A stretch of 64,000 nucleotides of DNA from an uncultured Ruminococcus sp. (GTDB taxonomy: Bacteria; Bacillota; Clostridia; Oscillospirales; CAG-272). A program made the position numbers and the translations under genes. The stretch spans positions 12,130 through 76,129 of the forward strand of contig CACYYS010000001.1 in assembly GCA_902778725.1 (NCBI GenBank), written 5' to 3'. The notes under the pieces are model-generated. The model had not been told where the DNA came from and searched no databases. It saw nothing but the letters and a program-made list of their open reading frames with translations. Shown here in pieces: positions 1 through 8,669 of the stretch. Within the stretch, counting starts at the first letter, position 1, and each line of letters opens with the position of its first letter.

Positions 1-109
1 GGATGACGGCAAAGAGACGGGTTTGTTTCATCGGGGACCTCCTGAAAAGGTTTCTGCCATTAAGATACCACAAAAGCGCCGGAAAAGCAATGCTTTTCCG
101 GCGCATTTT

Positions 110-748
110 TCATTTTTCCAGATAGCGGAGCGCCGCGTCGAGGTAAAGCTCCACCTCCGCGGAGGAGGAGAAGTCGTCCTGCGCGAGGATCTCGCCCCGC
201 AGCAGCTTCTGGCAGAGGGCGGTGATCCCGTGGGTAAAGGTCCGGTAGAAGAGCGCGGGATCCACGCCCGCGCGCAGCGAGCCGTCCGCCACGCCCCGCC
301 GGTAGGCGGCCTCAAAGAGCGGGTAATAGTCCCCGATGCTCCGCTCGTACTCGTAAAGCTCGCTCTTTTTTACCCCCGAGGCGAGGATAAAGCGGTCAAA
401 ATCCTCGAGGAAGAGGAGAAAGCTTTTGTGGTCGCGGCAGAGGGTGCGGTAGACGCCGAGCATTGCGGCGACCTGCTCCCGCCCGGTGCGGGAGGAGTCC
501 GCGTCCTTCAGCACTTCTTCAAAGAGCGCGCGCAGATCGCTCCAGAGGAGGATGCCCGCGCGGATCAGGATCGCCTCCTTTGTGCCGAAGTAACGGTAGA
601 GGGAGGCGACGCCGATCTCCGCCGCCTCGGCGATGTCGGTCATCTTCACCGCTTCCACTCCCCGCGAGAGGAAAAGCTGCGCAGCGGCGAAAACCGCTTC
701 GTTTTCCCTTGTTTTTCTCAGGTTTTCCTGATATTTTTCGTATTTCAT
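110..748 (-). CDS. TetR/AcrR-family transcriptional regulator
   Basis: ORF 110..871 trimmed to the ATG at 748 (MKYEKYQENL). N-terminal HTH AAAQLFLSRGVEAVKMTDIAEAAEIGVASLYRYFGTKEAIL is typical of TetR_N. Divergent from the 843..2291 gene. Confidence 0.85.
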   Translation of the reverse strand: MKYEKYQENLRKTRENEAVFAAAQLFLSRGVEAVKMTDIAEAAEIGVASLYRYFGTKEAILIRAGILLWSDLRALFEEVLKDADSSRTGREQVAAMLGVYRTLCRDHKSFLLFLEDFDRFILASGVKKSELYEYERSIGDYYPLFEAAYRRGVADGSLRAGVDPALFYRTFTHGITALCQKLLRGEILAQDDFSSSAEVELYLDAALRYLEK

Positions 749-769
749 CTTGACTTTCCGTTTCCGCTG

Positions 770-806
770 TGATATTCTTAATATCAGCTTGATAGTTATA
801 CTATCA
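770..806. promoter_or_regulatory. Two tandem 17-bp palindromes, candidate TetR operators
   Basis: TGATATTcttAATATCA (770-786) and TGATAGTtatACTATCA (790-806) read directly. The second contains the -10 (TAGTAT, minus strand, 798-803) of a TTGACA(821-826)-17-TAGTAT promoter for the TetR gene. Confidence 0.6.
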
Positions 807-842
807 CAAAATCGCTTTCTTGTCAAGCGGAAAAGAGGAAAT

Positions 843-2291
843 ATGGAACGCTCCAAGGTCATTTTCGGCAACGAGATCCGCGCAAAGGACTACCGCAAGG
901 CGGTAAAAAGCAAGAAAAAGTATGAAAAAAAGTTCGGCAGCGACGAGGGGAAGACCTTTGTCTTCTCGGCGGAGGAGAACCCGGTGATCGGAGAGCCGCT
1001 CGGGGTAAAGAACCTGACGCTCTCCGGCGGCGAGCCCGTCTCCTTTGAGGAGAACGCGCTGATCGTCGGCAACATCCGCATGGGCTACGGGCATTACCGC
1101 ATCTCGATGGCGATCGCCTCGGCGGCGCACGCGCTCGGGTACGTTCCCTACTGGCTCGATCTCAACTCCTTCCCCGGCACGGCGGCGACCGGCATCATCT
1201 CCCATCAGAACGACCTCTACTCCCTCGGCTCCCGCCTCTCGCAGAAGTTTTCGCTTTTCAACAAGCTCGTCTGGGAGCCGATCAACTCGGAGGGCTTCCG
1301 CAAGCTCAGCTACAACGCCGCGGACCAGAAAAACGCGGAGCTGATGGCGCCGCTGCTTGCCGGACTGCCGAAGGGGATCCCCTACGTCGCCACCCACGCG
1401 TGGCCCGCGCAGGCGGCGATCCACGCGGGGCTCACGCGCGTCGTCAACGCGATCCCGGATAACTGGCCGATGGCGCTGCACCTCGCGGAGGGGAGCGTCC
1501 ATACGGTCCAGACCCCTTCCGCCTATCTCGGATACCTCACCCTGCGCGGGATGGACGAAAAGCGCGCCCTCTCCCCGATGCCGGCGGAGGCGATCCGCGA
1601 GGTCGGGCATTATGTGGACGACGAATTCGTGAAAAACATCGCCGCGGACAACGCCCGGCGCCTGGCGCGGGCGGAGGCGGGGGAGCCCCGCCGGTTCCTT
1701 CTCACCGTCGGCGGCGCCGGCGCGCAGCAGAAGCTCTTTGAGGAGATCGCCGCGCACCTGCTCCCGAAGGTAAAGGAGGGGAAGGTCACGCTGCTTGTCA
1801 ACGTCGGCGACCACAAAAACGTCTGGGAGGAGATCGCCGCGCACGTCCCGGGGCTCGCCGGGGCGGCCGAATTCCACGAAGACGACTACGAAACGGTGAA
1901 AAACACCCTCGCCCCGGACGCAAAGCTCTCCGGCGTGCAGGTCTACTGCAACAAAGAGATCTTCGCCGCCGTCTACCTGACCAACCTTCTGATGCGGGTG
2001 ACGGACTTCCTTGTCACCAAGCCGAGCGAGCTTGCCTTCTACCCGGTCCCCAAGCTGATGATGCGCCGCGTGGGCGGCCACGAGGCCTGGGGCGCGATCA
2101 CCGCCGCCGAGCTCGGCGACGGGACGTTTGAGTGCGACCGTACCGACGAGATCCTGGCGATGCTCGACCGGATGACGGAGACCCCGGACATCCTGCGGTA
2201 TATGTGCGGGAGGATCGAAAAAGCCGACCGCATCGGCGCCTACAACGGCGCGTACGAGGTCGTCCGGCTTGCCGCCGGCGCCGCCCGCTGA
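843..2291 (+). CDS. Hypothetical protein, possibly a GT-B fold glycosyltransferase (MGDG-synthase/UgtP-like); product uncertain
   Basis: ORF 750..2291 trimmed to the ATG at 843 (MERSKVIF) after AAGAGGAAAT. GNIRMGYGHYRISMAIASAAHALG and LLTVGGAGAQQKLFEEI resemble the N- and C-lobe motifs of MGDG-synthase-type enzymes. This is similarity by eye only. Confidence 0.5.
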   Translation: MERSKVIFGNEIRAKDYRKAVKSKKKYEKKFGSDEGKTFVFSAEENPVIGEPLGVKNLTLSGGEPVSFEENALIVGNIRMGYGHYRISMAIASAAHALGYVPYWLDLNSFPGTAATGIISHQNDLYSLGSRLSQKFSLFNKLVWEPINSEGFRKLSYNAADQKNAELMAPLLAGLPKGIPYVATHAWPAQAAIHAGLTRVVNAIPDNWPMALHLAEGSVHTVQTPSAYLGYLTLRGMDEKRALSPMPAEAIREVGHYVDDEFVKNIAADNARRLARAEAGEPRRFLLTVGGAGAQQKLFEEIAAHLLPKVKEGKVTLLVNVGDHKNVWEEIAAHVPGLAGAAEFHEDDYETVKNTLAPDAKLSGVQVYCNKEIFAAVYLTNLLMRVTDFLVTKPSELAFYPVPKLMMRRVGGHEAWGAITAAELGDGTFECDRTDEILAMLDRMTETPDILRYMCGRIEKADRIGAYNGAYEVVRLAAGAAR

Positions 2292-2333
2292 CAAAAAAGA
2301 AAACCCTGAAAATATATTTGACGGAGGAACATC

Positions 2334-4148
2334 ATGCAAAAGAAACCGGAAGCTCTCTATATTGACGAGGTATTTCCTGTTAACAAAAGGAACATCGGCA
2401 TCTGTATTCTCTTATCGATTATTACATGTGGAATTTACGGAATATATTGGCAGTATTTGCTCGTAAAAAACACAAAAATAATCAAAAAAGAAGAATCAAG
2501 CTGCACAGGGGAAATGCTGTGCCTGATATTCGTTCCTTTTTACTTTCTTTATTGGTTTTTTACCAGAGGTAAAATCATAAAGGATGAATTTGCAAAATAC
2601 GGTTATTCTGCTACCGGAAACGAGATTGCCTACTTAGTTCTCAACATTTTCGGTTTGGGCATTGTCTCTATGGCAATCATGCAAAACGATTTCAACTCGT
2701 TGCCGTCTGAGTTTACCCAATCAATTCAGCGAAACTACAGGAAACCGATCAAACCGATCACAAACAAGGTACTCTGGATCTTCGCCGTCGGGCAGCTCGG
2801 CTGGAGCCTGCTCTCCGGCATCATCTCCACCTGGCTCGTCCACCTGTACGCGGGCAACGTCGGGCTCGGCGGGACCAACGGCATTTTCAGCACGCTGATC
2901 ACCCAGGCGCCGATCCTCGCGTCCCTCACCCTTTTCGGGGTGATCACCGCGGTCGGCCGTCTCTTTGACGCGGTCACCGACCCGCTGATCGCCAGCTGGT
3001 CCGACCGTTCGGATTTCAAGGGCGGACGCCGCATCCCGTTCATGAAGGCGATCGCCGTCCCCTTCGCCGCGATCACCGTCGCCGTCTTCTGCGTCCCCGT
3101 GACCTCCTCGGTCGCCTTCAACGATACGATGATCTTCATTCTGCTGATGCTTTTCTACCTTTTCATGACGATCTACTGCACCCCCTATAACGCCCTGATC
3201 GCCGAGCTCGGAGACACGCAGGAGCACCGCATCAACGTTTCCACCTACATTTCCTTTACCTATATCGCCGGCTTCTCGCTTGCGACCTTCATGCCCAACC
3301 TCGCCGGGATGCTCGAGGGGATCGCCGGCAGCCAGGCGGCGTCCATCCGCCTCGCCATCGGCGTGATGTGCGCGATCGCCGCGATCGCGATGATGATCCC
3401 CGCCTTCTATATCAAGGAGCGCGACTATATCGACTCCAAACCGGTGAAGACCCCGGCGTTCAAGTCGCTGGTCGCCACCTTCGGCAACGGGCAGTTCCGC
3501 CGTTTCGTTTACGCGGACGTGATCTACTTCTTCGCCGTCACCCTCTTCCAGACGGGCCTTGCGGATTTTGAGACCAATCTGATGGGGATCGGCTCCGACC
3601 AGACCTTCCTTCTGACCGTCCTTATGACGGTCGTCAGCCTTGCGCTTTATCCCGTCGTCAACCGCCTCGCGCCGAAAGCGGGGAAGAAGACGCTGATCGT
3701 CGTCGGCTTCTTCAGCTATGCCGCCGTCTTTTTCATCACCTCGATCTCGAACGCGCCCTTCTTCGGCTATCTGATCGCGGTGCTGGCCGGCGTCCCGATG
3801 GCGATCCTCGGGATCCTGCCGCAGGCGTGCGTCGCCGACGTCTCGGAGCTGAGCACTCTGGAGACCGGCGAGGACCGCAGCGGGATGTTCTTTGCCGCCC
3901 GGACCTTCGCGATGAAGATGGGGCAGGCGCTCTCGATGCTGATCTATACCTCTCTCACCGTCTCCCGTCTGACGGAGAGCGGGACAAAGGTCGTCAGCGA
4001 GGGGCAGTACCGCACCGTCGCCGTCGTCGCCACCGTCGCCTGCCTGATCGGCGCCTTCCTCTTCTTCCTCTACGGGGAGAAGCGGATCCTCTCCCGCATC
4101 CGGGAGCTGCGCGCCGCGAAAAAGGCGGAAGCGACGGAGGAGAACTGA
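2334..4148 (+). CDS. DUF4234-like two-TM module fused to a GPH-family (MelB/YicJ-type) glycoside:cation symporter
   Basis: ATG at 2334 is preceded by GGAGGA. The N-terminus ILLSIITCGIYGIYWQYLLVKN matches the DUF4234 hallmark. From about aa 145, GQLGWSLLSG...FDAVTDPLIASWSDRSDFKGGRRIPFM is GPH-family. It is one continuous ORF with no RBS at the internal Met codons. Confidence 0.8.
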   Translation: MQKKPEALYIDEVFPVNKRNIGICILLSIITCGIYGIYWQYLLVKNTKIIKKEESSCTGEMLCLIFVPFYFLYWFFTRGKIIKDEFAKYGYSATGNEIAYLVLNIFGLGIVSMAIMQNDFNSLPSEFTQSIQRNYRKPIKPITNKVLWIFAVGQLGWSLLSGIISTWLVHLYAGNVGLGGTNGIFSTLITQAPILASLTLFGVITAVGRLFDAVTDPLIASWSDRSDFKGGRRIPFMKAIAVPFAAITVAVFCVPVTSSVAFNDTMIFILLMLFYLFMTIYCTPYNALIAELGDTQEHRINVSTYISFTYIAGFSLATFMPNLAGMLEGIAGSQAASIRLAIGVMCAIAAIAMMIPAFYIKERDYIDSKPVKTPAFKSLVATFGNGQFRRFVYADVIYFFAVTLFQTGLADFETNLMGIGSDQTFLLTVLMTVVSLALYPVVNRLAPKAGKKTLIVVGFFSYAAVFFITSISNAPFFGYLIAVLAGVPMAILGILPQACVADVSELSTLETGEDRSGMFFAARTFAMKMGQALSMLIYTSLTVSRLTESGTKVVSEGQYRTVAVVATVACLIGAFLFFLYGEKRILSRIRELRAAKKAEATEEN

Positions 4149-4151
4149 CGG

Positions 4152-5780
4152 ATGGGAGACTTCCGGTTTTCCTCACTCCGGCTCCGGTTCCGGGACGGGG
4201 AGCGGCGGGACGCCGTCCTGCGTGAGAGCGGGCGCGTCGGCGCGCTCTCGGCCGATCTGCGGGCGGACGGAGAGGGGATCGGCCTCACCCTCGCGCCCGA
4301 GGGGGAGGCGACGCTGGAGAGCGTTTCGGCGCTCTTCGATTTCACCTTCCGGCCGGACGACCGCCTCTTCTTAAACGGCTACCAGAGCTGGACCGACAGT
4401 TATGAGCATACCGCGGGGGAGCGGATCCGTCCCCTCGGAGCGCTGCCCCGGATGCTCGACGGACGTTTCGGCTTTTCCGCCTACGGAGATTACCGCTTCA
4501 CAAAGACCGAGCGCAGGCGCGGACGGCTGCACGGCTTTTCCTACGCCTACGTCCGGCGGGGCGCGGAGTGGATCCTCTTCGGCTCCCTCGCGGAGGACAG
4601 CGGCTTTACCGTGATCCGCTTCCACACCGACCGGAACTGCATCCTGTTTGAAAAAGAGTGCGCCGGCCGCCGCCTGACCGCTCCCTACCGCGCGCTCTCC
4701 GTGCGCGTCTACCGCGGCGCGGAGGACGAGGTGTTCGACGCGTACTTTGCCGACCTCGGGATAGAAAAGACCGGCAAACGGCGCGTGGACGGCTACACGA
4801 GCTGGTACAACCGTTATCAGAACATCAGCGAGGAGAGCGTCACGGAGGATCTCGCCGGCTTTGCCGCGCAGAGCGAAAAGCCGGACTTCTTCCAGATCGA
4901 CGACGGCTATCAGACCGCCGTCGGCGACTGGCTCTCCGTCGATGAAAAAAAGTTCCCCCGCGGGATGGCGCCGATCGCGGAGAGGATCCGCGCGGCGGGC
5001 ATGACGCCGGGGATCTGGCTCGCGCCCTTTGCGGCGGAGCGCACCTCACGGCTGGTCGCCGAGCATCCCGACTGGCTGCTTCGCGGGGAGGACGGCAAGC
5101 CCGTCTTCGCCGGCGGCAACTGGTCCGGCTTCTATGCGCTCGATCTCGACCGCCCGGAGGTCGTCTCCTATCTCGAGCGGGTCTTTTCCGCCGTGATACG
5201 CGAATGGGGCTACCGGCTCCTCAAGCTCGATTTCCTCTACGCCGCCTGCCTTGTTCCGACCCCGGACGCCACGCGCGGCGAGCGGATGGCAAAGGCGGTC
5301 GACCTCCTCCTCCGGCTCACCGAGGGCGCGGAGATCCTTGCGTGCGGCGTGCCGCTCGCCTCCGTCTTCGGCAAGGTCGCCTACTGCCGGATCGGCTGCG
5401 ACGTGGCGCTCTCCTTCGACGGAGATTTCTACCTCCGTCCGATGCACCGGGAGCGCCCCTCGACCAAGTTCTCGCTCCTCAATACCCTTTACCGCCGGCA
5501 GCTGAACGGCCGCGCCTTCCTCTCGGATCCGGACGTCTTCCTTTTGCGGGACGACAATATGGAGATGACCCCGGAGGAGCGGAAGACCCTGCTCACCCTC
5601 AACGCTCTCTGCGGCGGCGTGCTCTTTACCTCCGACAACGTCGGCGCCTATTCCGACGAAAAAAAGCGCCTGCTCCGGGAGGCGAAAAAGCTTACCCCCG
5701 CCGATCTCCTCTCGGTGGAGAGGGAGAAGAAGACCGTTACCGTCTCCTATACTGGCGGAACGCTGACGCTCAAGCTCTGA
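4152..5780 (+). CDS. Alpha-galactosidase-like glycoside hydrolase (GH36/clan GH-D type)
   Basis: DGYTSWYNRYQNI...FFQIDDGYQTAVGDWLSVDEKKFPRGMAPIAERIRAAGMTPGIWLAPF and GYRLLKLDFLY are melibiase-type motifs. It starts 3 nt after the sugar symporter. Confidence 0.75.
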   Translation: MGDFRFSSLRLRFRDGERRDAVLRESGRVGALSADLRADGEGIGLTLAPEGEATLESVSALFDFTFRPDDRLFLNGYQSWTDSYEHTAGERIRPLGALPRMLDGRFGFSAYGDYRFTKTERRRGRLHGFSYAYVRRGAEWILFGSLAEDSGFTVIRFHTDRNCILFEKECAGRRLTAPYRALSVRVYRGAEDEVFDAYFADLGIEKTGKRRVDGYTSWYNRYQNISEESVTEDLAGFAAQSEKPDFFQIDDGYQTAVGDWLSVDEKKFPRGMAPIAERIRAAGMTPGIWLAPFAAERTSRLVAEHPDWLLRGEDGKPVFAGGNWSGFYALDLDRPEVVSYLERVFSAVIREWGYRLLKLDFLYAACLVPTPDATRGERMAKAVDLLLRLTEGAEILACGVPLASVFGKVAYCRIGCDVALSFDGDFYLRPMHRERPSTKFSLLNTLYRRQLNGRAFLSDPDVFLLRDDNMEMTPEERKTLLTLNALCGGVLFTSDNVGAYSDEKKRLLREAKKLTPADLLSVEREKKTVTVSYTGGTLTLKL

Positions 5781-5793
5781 AAAAAAGGAAAAA

Positions 5794-5830
5794 AGCCGTC
5801 TCACGGTTCCGTGAGACGGCTTTTCTGCGT
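5794..5830. terminator. Bidirectional intrinsic terminator
   Basis: AAGCCGTCTCACGG-ttc-CGTGAGACGGCTT, with an A-run upstream and a T-run downstream. Lies between convergent genes. Confidence 0.75.
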
Positions 5831-5854
5831 TTTTTTGCCGCATGGCGAGACGCT

Positions 5855-6157
5855 TCAGCCGACGTTTTTCATGAACGAGGTCCCGAGCCAGATCAAAAGG
5901 ACCATCGAGACGGGCAGCAGGATCAGCGCGGCGGTCATGCTCCACAGCCCCGCGAGCGCGCTGAGCGCGGGGGAGAGCGAAACGAGCGCGATCACCTTTG
6001 CAAGCTGCGCCGCGTACCGCCGGGGATCCTTCGGCTTTACCGACTGTCTCGCGCGGATCGGGAGCATCTTATAGTCCTTTGTCAGCGCCAAAAGTCCGGC
6101 GTAGAGCAGGATCGCCCCCGCAAAGATCCCCATCAGGATCGAATAGCCGTATTCCAT
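5855..6157 (-). CDS. Small membrane protein (about 3 TM), probable last gene of the zinc-ribbon operon
   Basis: 100-aa ORF with a GGAGG 6 nt before the ATG at 6157. Hydrophobic segments ILMGIFAGAILLYAGLLAL, VIALVSLSPALSALAGLW and AALILLPVSMVLLIWL. No convincing terminator in the 71-nt gap after 6229. Confidence 0.6.
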   Translation of the reverse strand: MEYGYSILMGIFAGAILLYAGLLALTKDYKMLPIRARQSVKPKDPRRYAAQLAKVIALVSLSPALSALAGLWSMTAALILLPVSMVLLIWLGTSFMKNVG

Positions 6158-6228
6158 AACAGACCTCCGGAATAAGGGAAAACCGTACCGGCGCCGCGGA
6201 TCAAAGCCCGAGCCTTGCCGTGATCCGG

Positions 6229-8568
6229 TCAGTCGTCGTCTTCCAGGGAGTTTTTGATTTCGTCCGCCGCAAACGCGCCCGCGGCTTCCTTGACGCCCTC
6301 TTTTGTCACTTCGGAATCGAGCAGGTGACCGACGACCTCTCCGCCGCCTTCGCCTATGACCGCGTCTCCGACTTTCCCGCCGACCAAATCAACGGTTTTG
6401 TCGACAGCGAAGTTCAGCGCGCCCTGCTTGGCGGCCTTGTTGCCTTCTTTAAGGGCTTTTTCCAGGCTTTTGCCTCTTGCGAGAGAATCCGTTGTTGCGG
6501 CGATACCGTCGCCGGTCACGTTGGCGGTCCCTTCCGCGGCGAAGCCGACAACGCCTCCGCCCGCCCAGTCGCTCGCGTGATTCTTGGCGATCTCGGCGCT
6601 GGTTTTAACGGTCGCGGCCGACATCGCGCCCGAGAAGGATTTTTCGCCCGTGGCGACTTCCATCAACCCCTGACCGTAAGCCTTGCCGGCTTGGTAACCG
6701 TCCTTGACCAGCTTTGCGGTGCCGGTCTTATCGAACTTTTCGAGCACGTCAAGCGCAACGTCGGCGGCTTTTTCGGTCTGCTTTGCGGTCTTATAACCCG
6801 CGTCCATGTATTCCGCCCGGCCCTCGGCTTCGGCGCCTTTCTGATAATCGTCCATCTGATCTCTTATCACGGCTTTTCTGACGTCTTTTTCATCGCCGAC
6901 GAATACGCCGTGATTGGCGCCGACCTTCTTCACATAAGCGTCGTGTTCGGCGTTTTCTCTTTCCTTTTTCTCCGCGGCCTCCCGTTCGGCGCGCGCCTCG
7001 GTGCTGTAGAAGGACTCGTCCTGATTTGCGGCGCGCTGCTCCTCGGCGGCTTTTTTCGCCTGCGCCGCGTCTTTACGGATCAGGCCCGCGTTTTCGGCGC
7101 GGCTGTCAAGCGCGTCCTTCAGCTCCGTTTCGGTATAAGTCGCACCGGTCAGCGGGTTCGTATAGGTACCGTCTCCGTTTGAGACGTAGGTATTCTGTTC
7201 TCCGGTGGCGGGGTCGCGCGTTACAAGATCGCCGTCGCCGTCGCGTGTGATATAGGGCCCCAGATCGCTGTGATCCGCCGGCGCGGGCGCGTCAAGGTCC
7301 TCCGCCGCGGTCCCGGCAGCCTCCACAGCGGAGCTGCCCGCCGCGGACGCCGCGCTGCCGGCGGCTCCGCCGAGCGCGGAGCCGGCGATGCCTCCTCCCG
7401 CTCCGACGAGGACGGTCGTGACACTTACCACAACAACACCGATCGCGGATCCCGGCTGATCAAGATAATCCGGATTATGCACCAGCTTTTGCCGTATCAC
7501 ACGGTCGGCGTAGTCGATATCGCCGTCTCTGTCGAAATCCATCATATCGGGAAACGGCTGACCGTATTTGTTCGTCTGACCGTTGTGGTAGGTGAGACGG
7601 CCGTTGTACATGACGTAGGCATCGTCATCCCCTTCCTCCGCGGCGACGGGCAGCGAGAAAAACGGCGCCAGAGTCAAGCCGAACATCAGCACAAGCGCAG
7701 CGATCGCGGCGGCTTTTTTGCCCTTCCCGTTTATCAGGATCGAAGATACGATCCCGGCCGCGAGCAGTAAGGCGCCGACGGAGAAAATGATGATCGGATA
7801 TCTGGCGAAGGTGATCGGGAAAGAAACGGCGAAACCGGCCGACACACCCGTAAGGAGTCGGCTTACGGCGGTTCTCGACGGCGCTTTTCCCTTTGAAAGC
7901 TTGCCGACAAGCGTAAAAACAAGGGAGAAGAGGACGCCGCTCTGGCTGCCCGCCGCGCGTATCGCGGCGACGGCGCCGACGATCGCCGCCGCGCTGTTGA
8001 TCGGCGCGGACGTGATATTGAAGAACCAGTACAGAAGGATCCCGGCGCCGCCTCCGATCAGATACGGCGATACGGCGGAAACCCCTGTTACGGCCGCTCC
8101 CTTGAAGCCTTTTTTCATTCCCTTGAACGGATTTTGCTTATTGACGAGCGCAAGCACGAACGAGTTTACGACAGCGACGAACAGCGCTTTGCCGAAAATG
8201 CCGCCGATCGCGCCGAAGAGACCGCCGTACATCCCGCCGTTTGAATAGGTGAGCGTATAGAGGAACCTGAGCGCCGGGATATTGGCGCCGAGCCCGGACA
8301 TCAGCGAGAAAACCGTCCATATTACCGACAGCACGATGGCGGGGATCAGCTTTTTGGGGTGCTTGAAGAAATCGATGATCTGCTCCTTCCATTCGGCGAA
8401 AAATCCGGTTTTCGTCTGATTGGCGGACCCTCCTTCCCGTTTCGGTTTCTGCTGAGGCTGCCGCGTCTGCGCCTGCGGCGCGGCCGGCGCGGCCTGCGTG
8501 CCGCATACGGGGCAGAATCTTGCGCCTTCCTCCAATTCCTTGCCGCATTTTTGACAGAATTTTGCCAT
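6229..8568 (-). CDS. Zinc-ribbon / polytopic membrane / long C-terminal coiled, Ala-Gly-rich protein (779 aa), function unknown
   Basis: ORF 6229..8694 trimmed to the ATG at 8568 (MAKFCQKCGKELEEGARFCPVCG) with an AAGGAGAG RBS. It has a Q/P linker, a glycine-rich multi-TM domain, a DFDRDGDIDYAD loop, a further TM, and then about 370 aa rich in A/E/K/G. Confidence 0.8.
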   Translation of the reverse strand: MAKFCQKCGKELEEGARFCPVCGTQAAPAAPQAQTRQPQQKPKREGGSANQTKTGFFAEWKEQIIDFFKHPKKLIPAIVLSVIWTVFSLMSGLGANIPALRFLYTLTYSNGGMYGGLFGAIGGIFGKALFVAVVNSFVLALVNKQNPFKGMKKGFKGAAVTGVSAVSPYLIGGGAGILLYWFFNITSAPINSAAAIVGAVAAIRAAGSQSGVLFSLVFTLVGKLSKGKAPSRTAVSRLLTGVSAGFAVSFPITFARYPIIIFSVGALLLAAGIVSSILINGKGKKAAAIAALVLMFGLTLAPFFSLPVAAEEGDDDAYVMYNGRLTYHNGQTNKYGQPFPDMMDFDRDGDIDYADRVIRQKLVHNPDYLDQPGSAIGVVVVSVTTVLVGAGGGIAGSALGGAAGSAASAAGSSAVEAAGTAAEDLDAPAPADHSDLGPYITRDGDGDLVTRDPATGEQNTYVSNGDGTYTNPLTGATYTETELKDALDSRAENAGLIRKDAAQAKKAAEEQRAANQDESFYSTEARAEREAAEKKERENAEHDAYVKKVGANHGVFVGDEKDVRKAVIRDQMDDYQKGAEAEGRAEYMDAGYKTAKQTEKAADVALDVLEKFDKTGTAKLVKDGYQAGKAYGQGLMEVATGEKSFSGAMSAATVKTSAEIAKNHASDWAGGGVVGFAAEGTANVTGDGIAATTDSLARGKSLEKALKEGNKAAKQGALNFAVDKTVDLVGGKVGDAVIGEGGGEVVGHLLDSEVTKEGVKEAAGAFAADEIKNSLEDDD

Positions 8569-8669
8569 GATCGATCTCTCCTTTATCGGTTGTTTTTCAG
8601 GTTGCCCAATGCGAGGCGGCGTTTTTCCGGGAGAAAAGTCTTCCTTTCCGGCCGCTTCTTCCGCCCGCT

